Assembly: GCA_964507075.1 (NCBI GenBank)
Contig: CAZDOL010000002.1
Coordinates: 14,482 to 37,676 of the forward strand
Source of the DNA: an uncultured Gammaproteobacteria bacterium
Lineage (GTDB): Bacteria; Patescibacteriota; Patescibacteriia; UBA2591; UBA6264
Direction: 5' to 3'
DNA: 23,195 bases
The notes beneath the pieces are model-generated. The model saw only the letters and a program-made list of their open reading frames with translations, was not told the DNA's origin and ran no database searches. Position numbers and translations under genes: made by a program. Positions 1 through 6,994 of this stretch are shown here, piece by piece; the first letter of the stretch is position 1; every line of letters begins with the position of its first letter.

Positions 1-620
1 TCCAAAACCACAATTTTAGCTTCTCCTTGAGCTAATAAATCCTTCTTTTTTATAGACAATTTAGGTAAAGTTTCGCTAACCTTACTCCCTATTTCTTTTA
101 AAAATTTCTCCAAGGAATCTGGGACAAAATTAAGCCCAGGAATATTATAACAACAGGGGATAATGATCTGAGGTTCAATAGAATTAATTAATTCTACTGC
201 TTTCTCAGCATTAAGAGTATCTTTCCCTCCTATTGGAACAAACAAAACATCAACCCCATCTAATTTATCTAACTCTTCTCCAGAAGGCAAAGATTTAAGC
301 TGCCCTAAAACTCCGTACCTAATTTCATCCATAGTCATTTGATAAACAACTGATTTTGTCTGACCATCTTTTTTTATTGGTATGCCATAAGCAAAAATCT
401 TATTGACTTCATATTCTCCTGGACCAGAAATCAAAAAGCTATTGTCTTTTTCTAAAACTTTTTTGTCTATAGATTCTTCTATGTCAGTTAAAACAAAAAT
501 ATTCGCTTTAAAATTAGGGCCCTTGAGCCCTGCTTTGCGCGGATCAGATGGGTTAACCAATACAGTTTGTTCATTATTTTGCAGCTTAAAACATGACTGC
601 CCATACCAACTTATATGCAT
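1..620 (-). CDS. MBL-fold (beta-lactamase-like, UPF0173/UlaG-type) hydrolase homologue, partial; the C-terminal end lies beyond the window edge
   Basis: Absent from the supplied ORF track because it has no stop inside the window. My own translation of the minus strand from the ATG at 620..618 stays open to position 1: MHISWYGQSCFKLQNNEQTVLVNPSDPRKAGLKGPNFKANIFVLTDIEES...GVDVLFVPIGGKDTLNAEKAVELINSIEPQIIIPCCYN. The N-terminal I-x-W-x-G-Q-S-C-F-K-L...VLVNP and the later VLFVPIGG...P.IIIP layout are typical of this fold. The position where HxHxDH is expected reads LTDIEES. Confidence 0.6.
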   Translation of the reverse strand, partial: MHISWYGQSCFKLQNNEQTVLVNPSDPRKAGLKGPNFKANIFVLTDIEESIDKKVLEKDNSFLISGPGEYEVNKIFAYGIPIKKDGQTKSVVYQMTMDEIRYGVLGQLKSLPSGEELDKLDGVDVLFVPIGGKDTLNAEKAVELINSIEPQIIIPCCYNIPGLNFVPDSLEKFLKEIGSKVSETLPKLSIKKKDLLAQGEAKIVVL

Positions 621-681
621 AATGTAAATTGTTAATTGTTAATTATTTTTGCGGTCCCCAGTGGTGGGCGGAACGCACTCC

Positions 682-767
682 TCTGGGGTCGGCATTAATA
701 TAAATTTGTAAAACTTCTGACGTCAACATTAGTTACTCTCCTTATCTGGGGTCGGCATTAATATAAA
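682..767. repeat. Two identical 23-bp direct repeats (TCTGGGGTCGGCATTAATATAAA) at 682-704 and 745-767
   Basis: Exact string match read from the sequence, in the spacer between the LamG gene stop (784) and the hydrolase gene start (620). On the minus strand each copy carries a TATATTAAT (-10-like) box. A TTGACG lies 17 nt upstream of TTATAT for the gene-proximal copy. Confidence 0.8.
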
Positions 768-783
768 AATCAATGTCCCCAAC

Positions 784-3700
784 CTATCTCCCCTTATCAT
801 ACAACAACTTCACCTCCCCTGCACTCAAAGCCCGGTCATAGATTTTGACATCGGCAATTTGACTTTGCAAATAACTGCTATCAAGTGAATGACGAATAGC
901 TAATACAAAATTAGACCAAGTCTCACTGTCAGAGGACATATCTAAGTCTGTAGTTATCAAAAACGGATTAATCAAAATTCCGTCAAAATACATAACAATT
1001 GAATTATCTGCGTTTCTTTCTATAACTACATGATGCCAATTATTATCGACATAAGTAGTCTCATACTCATAATACTTTTTAACAGTTGATCCTATCTGCA
1101 AATAAGAACTTAGATTATTAGTGCCAGACGTAAATATCCCTACTCCATTTTGATTGCCAGTGCGAGTGTCAATCAAATATCCACTTGCATCAGAAGTTTT
1201 AAACCGCATTGATATAGACCATCTTTTTGTTTCAGAAATTTCTGATATATCTCCACTAACATAATCACCATCCCCATTAAAACTCGTATAATCATCCCCA
1301 ACTGTAGCCCCATAAATCGTCCCATGATTTCCATATGGCGTAGAATCCGCGGTTTCAATAGGCTTCAGACTAAAATTATCTAGTAAAAATTCTCCTTGGG
1401 TGGCGCTCAAATCTGTCCTAATATAAATATTAGGAGTAGTCGCAGTAGCCTCAAATATTGCAGAATAATATTTCCATTCAGTGGTTGATATTCCAGTAAA
1501 CGAATAATTTCCACTTATTTTTGTTGCTCCCGAGGAACTAAAATATGGTATCGTCGGACAATCTATATTTTTTGCCCAAACAGATACTCTATATAAAGAT
1601 CCTATTGTTTCTCCGCTTGGTGGATCCCATACAGCTATTGGGCCACCTGTAGCATTCTTAACTCTGAGAGATTTGCTGCCATAAAAATAATTTGAAGTTT
1701 CTGAGTTTATGGTTCCTGAACCTTTGCCATCAAAAACCCAATTAGCTGTTCCGCTTTCCATTCCCCAATTCGGATGTAGCTCACTTCCCACCTTCTCGCT
1801 CTTGCTTTTCAAATCCCATTGTCCAACAAGCCCTTTATTTAAATTAGTAGTTGATGTCCCTACCGAACTCCCTGACATGCTTTTCGCATACAAAACATCA
1901 ACTTCTGTTTGTGACAATACACGATCATAAAAACGAATATCATCAATAAAAATACCAGAATCCCGTAAATATGGAGAATAACTTCTAGAATTATATCCAA
2001 CCCACCAATAACTATCGGCTACGGGACCAAAACTTCCTTGACTGTAACTAAAATCACTTACTTCCTTAGTTCCATCTACCCACATGTTCATCAACCTCTG
2101 CGCTGGATCCGTTGCATGATAGTTCATGTGCCAAATTAGATGATGCCAATCTCCATCATTGATGTCGCTGATAGCTAGAGGGTCCAATGAGCCCCAACCA
2201 TGCATTCTAAATTTATCGCCCTGCATACAAAGCAAAATTTGGTTAGAATCTCCAGAGCTTTGAATCACGCCATCATTGTAAACCAAAAAAGGCACTGCCT
2301 CGCCACTAGTGTGTTCTCCTTCCTTTACTTTCACCCAAAAAGATATAGTTTTGGTGTATAAGAATGGATCAGGAATTCTAATTCTTTTTTCTTCTCCTTT
2401 CAAAAATTCATAGACTCCTTGGCGTAAATCATCTTCTTCTATCCACTCAGGAGTATTACTATCTGATAAATCAGCATGGCTCGCATAACCACTATTGTCT
2501 CTTGCATAATCATTTCGTATTCCATCGACAAAAGGAGTAATATGATCCTTCTCTTCTATCTGAAAACCTGACCAATAAACCTCAAGTGGGAGATTATCGT
2601 CAATATATATAATATGTCTAGTGTGATATTGCCCAGCATGCCCACTCCCAGCATTATAGGTCCATGAATACCTTGTCCATTCAGTAGTTAAGTCAATGCC
2701 GTCCCCAGTCCGATATGCGTTATCGCTAGGCCTATTGATATCCAATAACAAACCATTAAAACTTTGATCTCTACTAGCTTTCATCCACGCACTTATTATA
2801 TATGTCGTGTTATCCTCTATGGTAATATATTGATTATCATCTAAATAACTACCTCCAGTACCACCAGTAGTCTTAACCATTTTCTTGTATGGCAAATCAT
2901 TATAACCTCCATCTTCATAGTAATATATTGTTGCAAGATCTCCCCCCCAAGATGAAGCCGCATATCCTTGTCCATAAGTTCTATTAGAATAATCAACATA
3001 AGGTGCCAAATTTTCTGTCCACTCTCCAAAATTATCAAAGCTATAATGTCTAGCTAATCCTTTATTCTCACCCCCCACACTAAACTTTGGTTTATATGTT
3101 TCATAAAGTTTTTTAACTTCCCCTTCCCCCAACGCCCGATCATAAATCCGCATATCTCCAAAGACTAAACCCCTTCCGAGAGTATGTGCCCCTGCGTGAA
3201 CAAAATTAGCTGTAGAGCTGTCTATTAAATAATTGCTCAATCCAGACAAAGTTGTTGAAGAATATAATTCTCCGTTTATAGATATCGTTGCTGTTTTAGA
3301 ATTACTGTCATAAGTGTAAACGACATGATACCAACCTCCATCAAATGGAACTAATACGGTTTTAGCGGCTCTTCTCACTCCATCAATAAAAACATCTCCT
3401 TGAATATTGCCTGAGTTATACGAATCATAGAAATACCAAGAGGGTGGTCTTGATAAAATGTGGCAGTCTTGGGTTTGACTAAATCCCGTTGTTCTTTTTA
3501 TCCAGACAGAAAGAGTTATAGCTTCTCTAATATTAAATTGTGGGGCATAAGATAATCCTATATAATCCCCATCACCACCAAAACTCATCGCCCCATTAGC
3601 TTGCCCATGCCTATCTGTTGTCAAAGATGCTCCACTATTTGTTCCATGATTTCCATAACCACTAATATCATCCACTCTATTGGTTGTACTATTCAAATGA

Positions 3701-4101
3701 GCACCATCCATCGGCCAATGCCCAACCAATCCTTTATTTATATCACCAGTCGAAAAACTACCAATCACGCTCGCCACCGCAAGCCCCGCCGCAAAAAGCA
3801 ATACAACCGAAACCCCCAACACCGCAAATCTCTTACGTGACAAACCCGACGGGTCTTTCTTTTTGCTACCAAATAACCTATATAACCAACTCACAATCTT
3901 CTTTCTAGAGCCATGAGTATATGACAAACCCGACGGGTCTTTCTTTTTAAAAAGCAAATTCGGAATTCCTTTTATAAAGCCATGAACTCCCACCTTCTTT
4001 TTCCTATTCATCAAAAACTCAAAATTTAGAGACCATGCCTTCTTTCTCTTCATCTTCTTAATCTTTTTTAAAATCCCCCTAAACCTTTCTCTAAATTTCA
4101 T
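784..4101 (-). CDS. Large membrane-anchored surface protein with three Laminin_G_3 (LamG/concanavalin-like lectin) modules alternating with two CBM_4_9-like modules
   Basis: 1105-aa ORF. A Lys/Arg-rich tail is followed by one hydrophobic segment (FAVLGVSVVLLFAAGLAVASVIG). Three modules follow, the first and third carrying F(G/N)GDGDY; each ends in the LamG_3-type signature (MRIYDRALGEGEVKKLY, IRFYDRVLSQTEVDVLY, VKIYDRALSAGEVKLLY). They are separated by modules ending GFQIEEKDHITPFVDG and FLLDNFSLKP, typical of CBM_4_9-like beta-sandwiches. The start codon is uncertain; a TTG at 3843 just before the hydrophobic segment is an alternative. Confidence 0.8.
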   Translation of the reverse strand: MKFRERFRGILKKIKKMKRKKAWSLNFEFLMNRKKKVGVHGFIKGIPNLLFKKKDPSGLSYTHGSRKKIVSWLYRLFGSKKKDPSGLSRKRFAVLGVSVVLLFAAGLAVASVIGSFSTGDINKGLVGHWPMDGAHLNSTTNRVDDISGYGNHGTNSGASLTTDRHGQANGAMSFGGDGDYIGLSYAPQFNIREAITLSVWIKRTTGFSQTQDCHILSRPPSWYFYDSYNSGNIQGDVFIDGVRRAAKTVLVPFDGGWYHVVYTYDSNSKTATISINGELYSSTTLSGLSNYLIDSSTANFVHAGAHTLGRGLVFGDMRIYDRALGEGEVKKLYETYKPKFSVGGENKGLARHYSFDNFGEWTENLAPYVDYSNRTYGQGYAASSWGGDLATIYYYEDGGYNDLPYKKMVKTTGGTGGSYLDDNQYITIEDNTTYIISAWMKASRDQSFNGLLLDINRPSDNAYRTGDGIDLTTEWTRYSWTYNAGSGHAGQYHTRHIIYIDDNLPLEVYWSGFQIEEKDHITPFVDGIRNDYARDNSGYASHADLSDSNTPEWIEEDDLRQGVYEFLKGEEKRIRIPDPFLYTKTISFWVKVKEGEHTSGEAVPFLVYNDGVIQSSGDSNQILLCMQGDKFRMHGWGSLDPLAISDINDGDWHHLIWHMNYHATDPAQRLMNMWVDGTKEVSDFSYSQGSFGPVADSYWWVGYNSRSYSPYLRDSGIFIDDIRFYDRVLSQTEVDVLYAKSMSGSSVGTSTTNLNKGLVGQWDLKSKSEKVGSELHPNWGMESGTANWVFDGKGSGTINSETSNYFYGSKSLRVKNATGGPIAVWDPPSGETIGSLYRVSVWAKNIDCPTIPYFSSSGATKISGNYSFTGISTTEWKYYSAIFEATATTPNIYIRTDLSATQGEFLLDNFSLKPIETADSTPYGNHGTIYGATVGDDYTSFNGDGDYVSGDISEISETKRWSISMRFKTSDASGYLIDTRTGNQNGVGIFTSGTNNLSSYLQIGSTVKKYYEYETTYVDNNWHHVVIERNADNSIVMYFDGILINPFLITTDLDMSSDSETWSNFVLAIRHSLDSSYLQSQIADVKIYDRALSAGEVKLLYDKGR
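3837..3866. repeat. REP-like palindromic unit (GTGACAAACCCGACGGGTCTTTCTTTTT) inside the 5' part of the LamG ORF
   Basis: The core ACCCGACGGGT is a palindrome around its central base. The copy is translated in frame as KKKDPSGLS. Confidence 0.75.
3920..3950. repeat. REP-like palindromic unit (TATGACAAACCCGACGGGTCTTTCTTTTT) inside the 5' part of the LamG ORF
   Basis: Same unit as 3837-3866, exactly 84 nt (28 codons) away, and again translated as KKKDPSGLS. Confidence 0.75.
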
Positions 4102-4128
4102 ATTTATATTTAAAAAATTTAAATCCCA

Positions 4129-4172
4129 CTTATGACTAACCCTTATGACTAACCCGACGGGTCTTTCTTTTA
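4129..4172. repeat. REP-like cluster: CTTATGACTAAC twice, then CCGACGGGTCTTTCTTTT
   Basis: Lies in the spacer between the LamG ORF start (4101) and the RAYT stop (4228). It has the same left-arm duplication architecture as the 5003-5058 cluster. Confidence 0.75.
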
Positions 4173-4227
4173 ATGCTTGCCTTATATCTTAATATAATAA
4201 CACAAATGGCAGACAAAACAACAATCT

Positions 4228-4980
4228 TTACTTTATGTGACTAACCCGACGGGTTTGTTTTTCTTTCTTGTGTGTTATAAAGGTATTAATTTCTTCAATC
4301 TCAGAAGAATGATAAGCTAAAGCCTCACGCGCTAATTCTTTATATCCCTCTAAATCTTTAGATTCCTCTTCTGACGCATCTTCTGTAAGAATATGTAAAT
4401 TTCTTCTGCCAAAATTTTCGCCTAAACTGCTAAATACATATTCTAAAACAAAGTCAAATGCTTTATCAAATTCATCTACTGCTTTTTTAACGCCACCAGG
4501 GTAAAGTTCAAAGGGGTTAAAAATCTGAATATACGCCCTTGCGTATTGAAAATATTTTTCATCTTTAATAATCTTAGATTTGTATGGACCTTGAAACAAT
4601 CTCCCCGACTCGTTTCGTTTGGTGTTAATATATTTTGTAAAACTATCGCTAAACCGAGACATAAATTTACTAATCCCGTCTTCTCTAATTTCCTCCAAAA
4701 GCAAATGAAAGTGGTTAGTCATTAGACAGTAGGCTAGAATTTTAACCAAAGGCCTTGAAGGTGGCCAATCTTTGGGACGTTCAAACTGATTGCACTTTCC
4801 AGAATTTATAATTTTTTCTACAGAACGCCAAATATTACATGAAGAATATTCATCGTTAAAATAACGTAAAGTTTTTAAAAAACGCCATTTATCTGCTTCA
4901 TCAAAAACAATAGGCATTTTACGACTACCTCTATTATAAACATGAACGAAATTTCCTATTGTTGATGTTTCTTTCCCCAT
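4228..4980 (-). CDS. IS200/IS605-type Y1 HUH transposase, RAYT-like (REP-associated tyrosine transposase, COG1943 type)
   Basis: 250 aa. The N-terminal VHVYNRGSRKMPIF.DEADK..FLK.L, the HUH motif in LAYCLMTNHFHLLLEE and a Tyr-helix-like AYIQIFNP match the Y1_Tnp/RAYT pattern. The gene is bracketed by the palindromes at 4237-4260 and 5003-5058. Confidence 0.8.
   Translation of the reverse strand: MGKETSTIGNFVHVYNRGSRKMPIVFDEADKWRFLKTLRYFNDEYSSCNIWRSVEKIINSGKCNQFERPKDWPPSRPLVKILAYCLMTNHFHLLLEEIREDGISKFMSRFSDSFTKYINTKRNESGRLFQGPYKSKIIKDEKYFQYARAYIQIFNPFELYPGGVKKAVDEFDKAFDFVLEYVFSSLGENFGRRNLHILTEDASEEESKDLEGYKELAREALAYHSSEIEEINTFITHKKEKQTRRVSHIK
4237..4260. repeat. REP-like palindromic unit (GTGACTAACCCGACGGGTTTGTTT) overlapping the last codons of the RAYT gene
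   Basis: Same core as the other copies. It encodes the C-terminal ...KQTRRVSH... of the ORF. Confidence 0.75.
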
Positions 4981-5002
4981 ATTTTATTTTATTCTTTTAT
5001 TT

Positions 5003-5058
5003 CTTGTGACTAACCTTGTGACTAACCCGTCGGGTTTGTCATTAGGTTTGTCATTAGG
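5003..5058. repeat. REP-like cluster immediately upstream of the RAYT gene: CTTGTGACTAAC twice, CCGTCGGG, then TTTGTCATTAGG twice
   Basis: TGACTAACCCGTCGGGTTTGTCA is a near-perfect 23-bp palindrome (about 10 bp per arm). Both arms are extended by a 12-bp tandem duplication. Confidence 0.8.
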
Positions 5059-5068
5059 CTGGTTATTA

Positions 5069-5854
5069 TTATATTAGTCGGTCTTTGCCGACAATTATTT
5101 TTAACTTTTCCTTGGCTACCTCTATTAATGCTGGAGCTTTAATAATATTTTTATGATCCACTCTAATTAACACTTCGTTTTTGGGATTTTTGGGGTCAAT
5201 GCTTAATTTTTTAACAAAAAACAGGCTGTCTTTTTTTTCTTTTTGCTTAAAGAATAAGAATTTCTGTTGAGAAGCACCCATTAAAACCTCTAAATGATCA
5301 TCTTTGGGATTGCTAACCATTTTTTCCTCCGGAGATCCATCAATTCCTCTTTGAAAACGCAAAAAATCTAAATTAATAACCTTCACTGACTTAATCTTCT
5401 TGGGAATAATCTGATATTTTTTGTCAGCCAAAATAATACTCTGGCGAGGTTCAAATTCAACGGAAGAAAAAAAGTATTGATTATTAATCTTGCCTAAATT
5501 AATATATTCTATCCGTCTGGCGGAAATAACATCGCAAGCATATTCATTAACCGGCAAACCCAAAATATCAGCTAACAAAGAGTCATTTTCAATGGGAATA
5601 AAACCAATAGTAGCATCAGTGCCAATTAAAGGTAACGTTGCCTCACAAATGGTCTCATCGCTTCCCACAACCACAATCGTCGGGGAACTATCTTGTTCGA
5701 GAATCTTGTGAGTTATCTCGCTAACACTTTTTAAAATAGAAAGCTTATGTTTACGTCCGGAAATGTCTAAACTAGCCAACCTGGTTTCAATTTTAGAAAG
5801 CGTTTTGGCATATTTTTTCTTGACTAAAAAAGAGTCATAAATATAAAAATACAT
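5069..5854 (-). CDS. Diacylglycerol/lipid kinase catalytic-domain (DAGK_cat, YegS-like) fold protein with a degenerate nucleotide motif
   Basis: IVVVGSDETICEA occupies the position of the family's (V)GGDGT(V/L)xE motif, and the overall length fits. The track ORF begins at 5890. I prefer the ATG at 5854 (MYFYIYDSFL...), checked as CAT at 5852-5854. Confidence 0.55.
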   Translation of the reverse strand: MYFYIYDSFLVKKKYAKTLSKIETRLASLDISGRKHKLSILKSVSEITHKILEQDSSPTIVVVGSDETICEATLPLIGTDATIGFIPIENDSLLADILGLPVNEYACDVISARRIEYINLGKINNQYFFSSVEFEPRQSIILADKKYQIIPKKIKSVKVINLDFLRFQRGIDGSPEEKMVSNPKDDHLEVLMGASQQKFLFFKQKEKKDSLFFVKKLSIDPKNPKNEVLIRVDHKNIIKAPALIEVAKEKLKIIVGKDRLI

Positions 5855-5923
5855 AACACAAGACATTAGAACATTGGAACATAACGCCAAGGTTCAAATA
5901 TTAAATACTAAACATTGAAATGC

Positions 5924-6337
5924 CTATTCAGCTAAGCCTTCTTCCTCTTCCTCTTGCTCTTGTTTTTTTCCTTTAGTAGAAAGTTTAGCATCACCGCCAA
6001 CATTGCATTTACCGTGGAGAACTGCACCTTCTTCTATTGACAAGGATTGACAGTTAATGTCTCCCGACAATTTAGCAGTTGAATTGAGTTCTATTTTTTC
6101 TTCCACCTTTAAATTACCTTTTACTCGACCAGCAACAATCGCATTTCTAGACTTAATATTGGCCTCAATAACGCCACCTTCCATCAAATAAACATCACTT
6201 TGGGTTTCAATAGAACCAACAAGCTCACCCTTGATAACAACATCACCAACGGCGCTAAAGGTGCCTTCAACTTTTACTCCCGCGCCGATTATTGTTTCGG
6301 CTTCCTCGGGTTTAATTTTTAAATCCTTTCCAAACAT
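5924..6337 (-). CDS. Bactofilin (polymer-forming cytoskeletal protein)
   Basis: 137 aa with repetitive beta-helix-type segments (G.VKVEG.F...GDVVIKGELVGSIE....V.L..GGVIEANI....A.VAGRVKGNL.V...IEL...AKL.GDI....L.IEEGAVL.G) and an acidic C-terminal tail. Confidence 0.8.
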   Translation of the reverse strand: MFGKDLKIKPEEAETIIGAGVKVEGTFSAVGDVVIKGELVGSIETQSDVYLMEGGVIEANIKSRNAIVAGRVKGNLKVEEKIELNSTAKLSGDINCQSLSIEEGAVLHGKCNVGGDAKLSTKGKKQEQEEEEEGLAE

Positions 6338-6411
6338 AAGATAAAATTATTTATAATTTATTAATGTGTGTAATTCATATTTTACACGATATAATTAGAT
6401 TGGTCAATTAG

Positions 6412-6578
6412 CCCCCACACCAAACAACAATACATTTTTAATGCAAATTACTATTTGAAAGTTTAATTCATTTATTGCAAAAAATTATTTTATTTTGAAA
6501 AAACTTAAAAATGCAAGATAGTCCCCACACCTATACATATGTGTGGGGATGAACATTATTGCTGTTATGGTGTGGGGG
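6412..6578. mobile_element. MITE-like non-coding element, copy A (167 bp): imperfect terminal inverted repeats CCCCCACACCAAACAACAATAC / CATTATTGCTGTTATGGTGTGGGGG, flanked by TTAG on both sides
   Basis: Alignable end to end with 13121-13256, apart from a 28-nt nested hairpin. TTAG occurs at 6408-6411 and 6579-6582 and looks like a target-site duplication. The interior is AT-rich with no ORF. Confidence 0.6.
6522..6549. repeat. Nested 28-nt hairpin (TCCCCACAC-CTATACATAT-GTGTGGGGA) inside MITE-like copy A
   Basis: Present in copy A and absent from the same position in copy B. It is related to the solo hairpin at 13261-13289. Confidence 0.7.
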
Positions 6579-6583
6579 TTAGC

Positions 6584-6611
6584 TTGACTAAAGCTCTTAA
6601 ACGATTAGAAT
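6584..6611 (+). promoter_or_regulatory. Sigma70-type promoter: TTGACT, 16-nt spacer, TAGAAT
   Basis: -35 at 6584-6589 and -10 at 6606-6611. The ATG at 6618 lies 6 nt after the -10, which is leaderless-mRNA geometry. Confidence 0.55.
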
Positions 6612-6617
6612 AAAAAT

Positions 6618-6773
6618 ATGGAAATAGAAAATAAAAATATTCAAAATTTTTTAAAACACGATTTAAGAAAAATAACGATTCTAAGTATAATCATTTTGGT
6701 CATCTTAATCGCAAGTAGTTTAATAGAAAAGCAAACTAATTTTCTGACCAAAATAAGCAGTTTTCTATTGTAA
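6618..6773 (+). CDS. Candidate 51-aa single-pass membrane peptide (below the ORF-track size cut-off)
   Basis: Own translation: MEIENKNIQNFLKHDLRKITILSIIILVILIASSLIEKQTNFLTKISSFLL. It has one hydrophobic helix and a near-consensus promoter placed for a leaderless start. No homology is recognisable by eye. Confidence 0.4.
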   Translation: MEIENKNIQNFLKHDLRKITILSIIILVILIASSLIEKQTNFLTKISSFLL

Positions 6774-6774
6774 G

Positions 6775-6922
6775 GCCCCCGTAGTTTCCCCCTACGCTCA
6801 AATTTGCATTTGAGCTTCCCCCTGCGCTAAAGCTTCGGAGGACAAGTCGGAAGGACAAGCGTCAATATTAAAACGTTTATTTACCCAGCGTAGCTTTGAT
6901 GTAAATCAAAGCGAAATTTTGT
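6775..6922 (+). repeat. tRNA-linked element E (copy 1): a 12-nt duplicate of the tRNA-Arg 5' end (GCCCCCGTAGTT) followed by 136 nt of hairpin-rich sequence abutting the tRNA
   Basis: Contains perfect hairpins GCTCAAAT-TTGC-ATTTGAGC and GCTTTGAT-GTAA-ATCAAAGC. Alignable with 16589-16703 apart from an insertion of about 30 nt. Confidence 0.7.
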
Positions 6923-6994
6923 GCCCCCGTAGTTCAACGGATAGAACAAGGGACTCCTAAGCCCTAGAAACAGGTCCGATTCCTGTCGGGGGTA
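6923..6994 (+). tRNA. tRNA-Arg (anticodon CCT)
   Basis: Manual cloverleaf: GCCCCCG TA GTTC AACGGATA GAAC A AGGGA CTCCTAA GCCCT AGAA ACAGG TCCGATT CCTGT CGGGGGT A. Atypical points are a G1-U72 wobble, an A31/G39 mismatch and a T-loop reading TCCGATT instead of TTCGAAT. No CCA is encoded. Confidence 0.75.

Noticed and set aside
784-4101. Diversity-generating retroelement target (large surface lectin-like protein in a CPR-like genome)
   Set aside because: No reverse transcriptase gene is present, no template/variable repeat pair was found near the 3' end of the ORF, and the domains are LamG/CBM rather than the C-type-lectin fold used by DGR targets.
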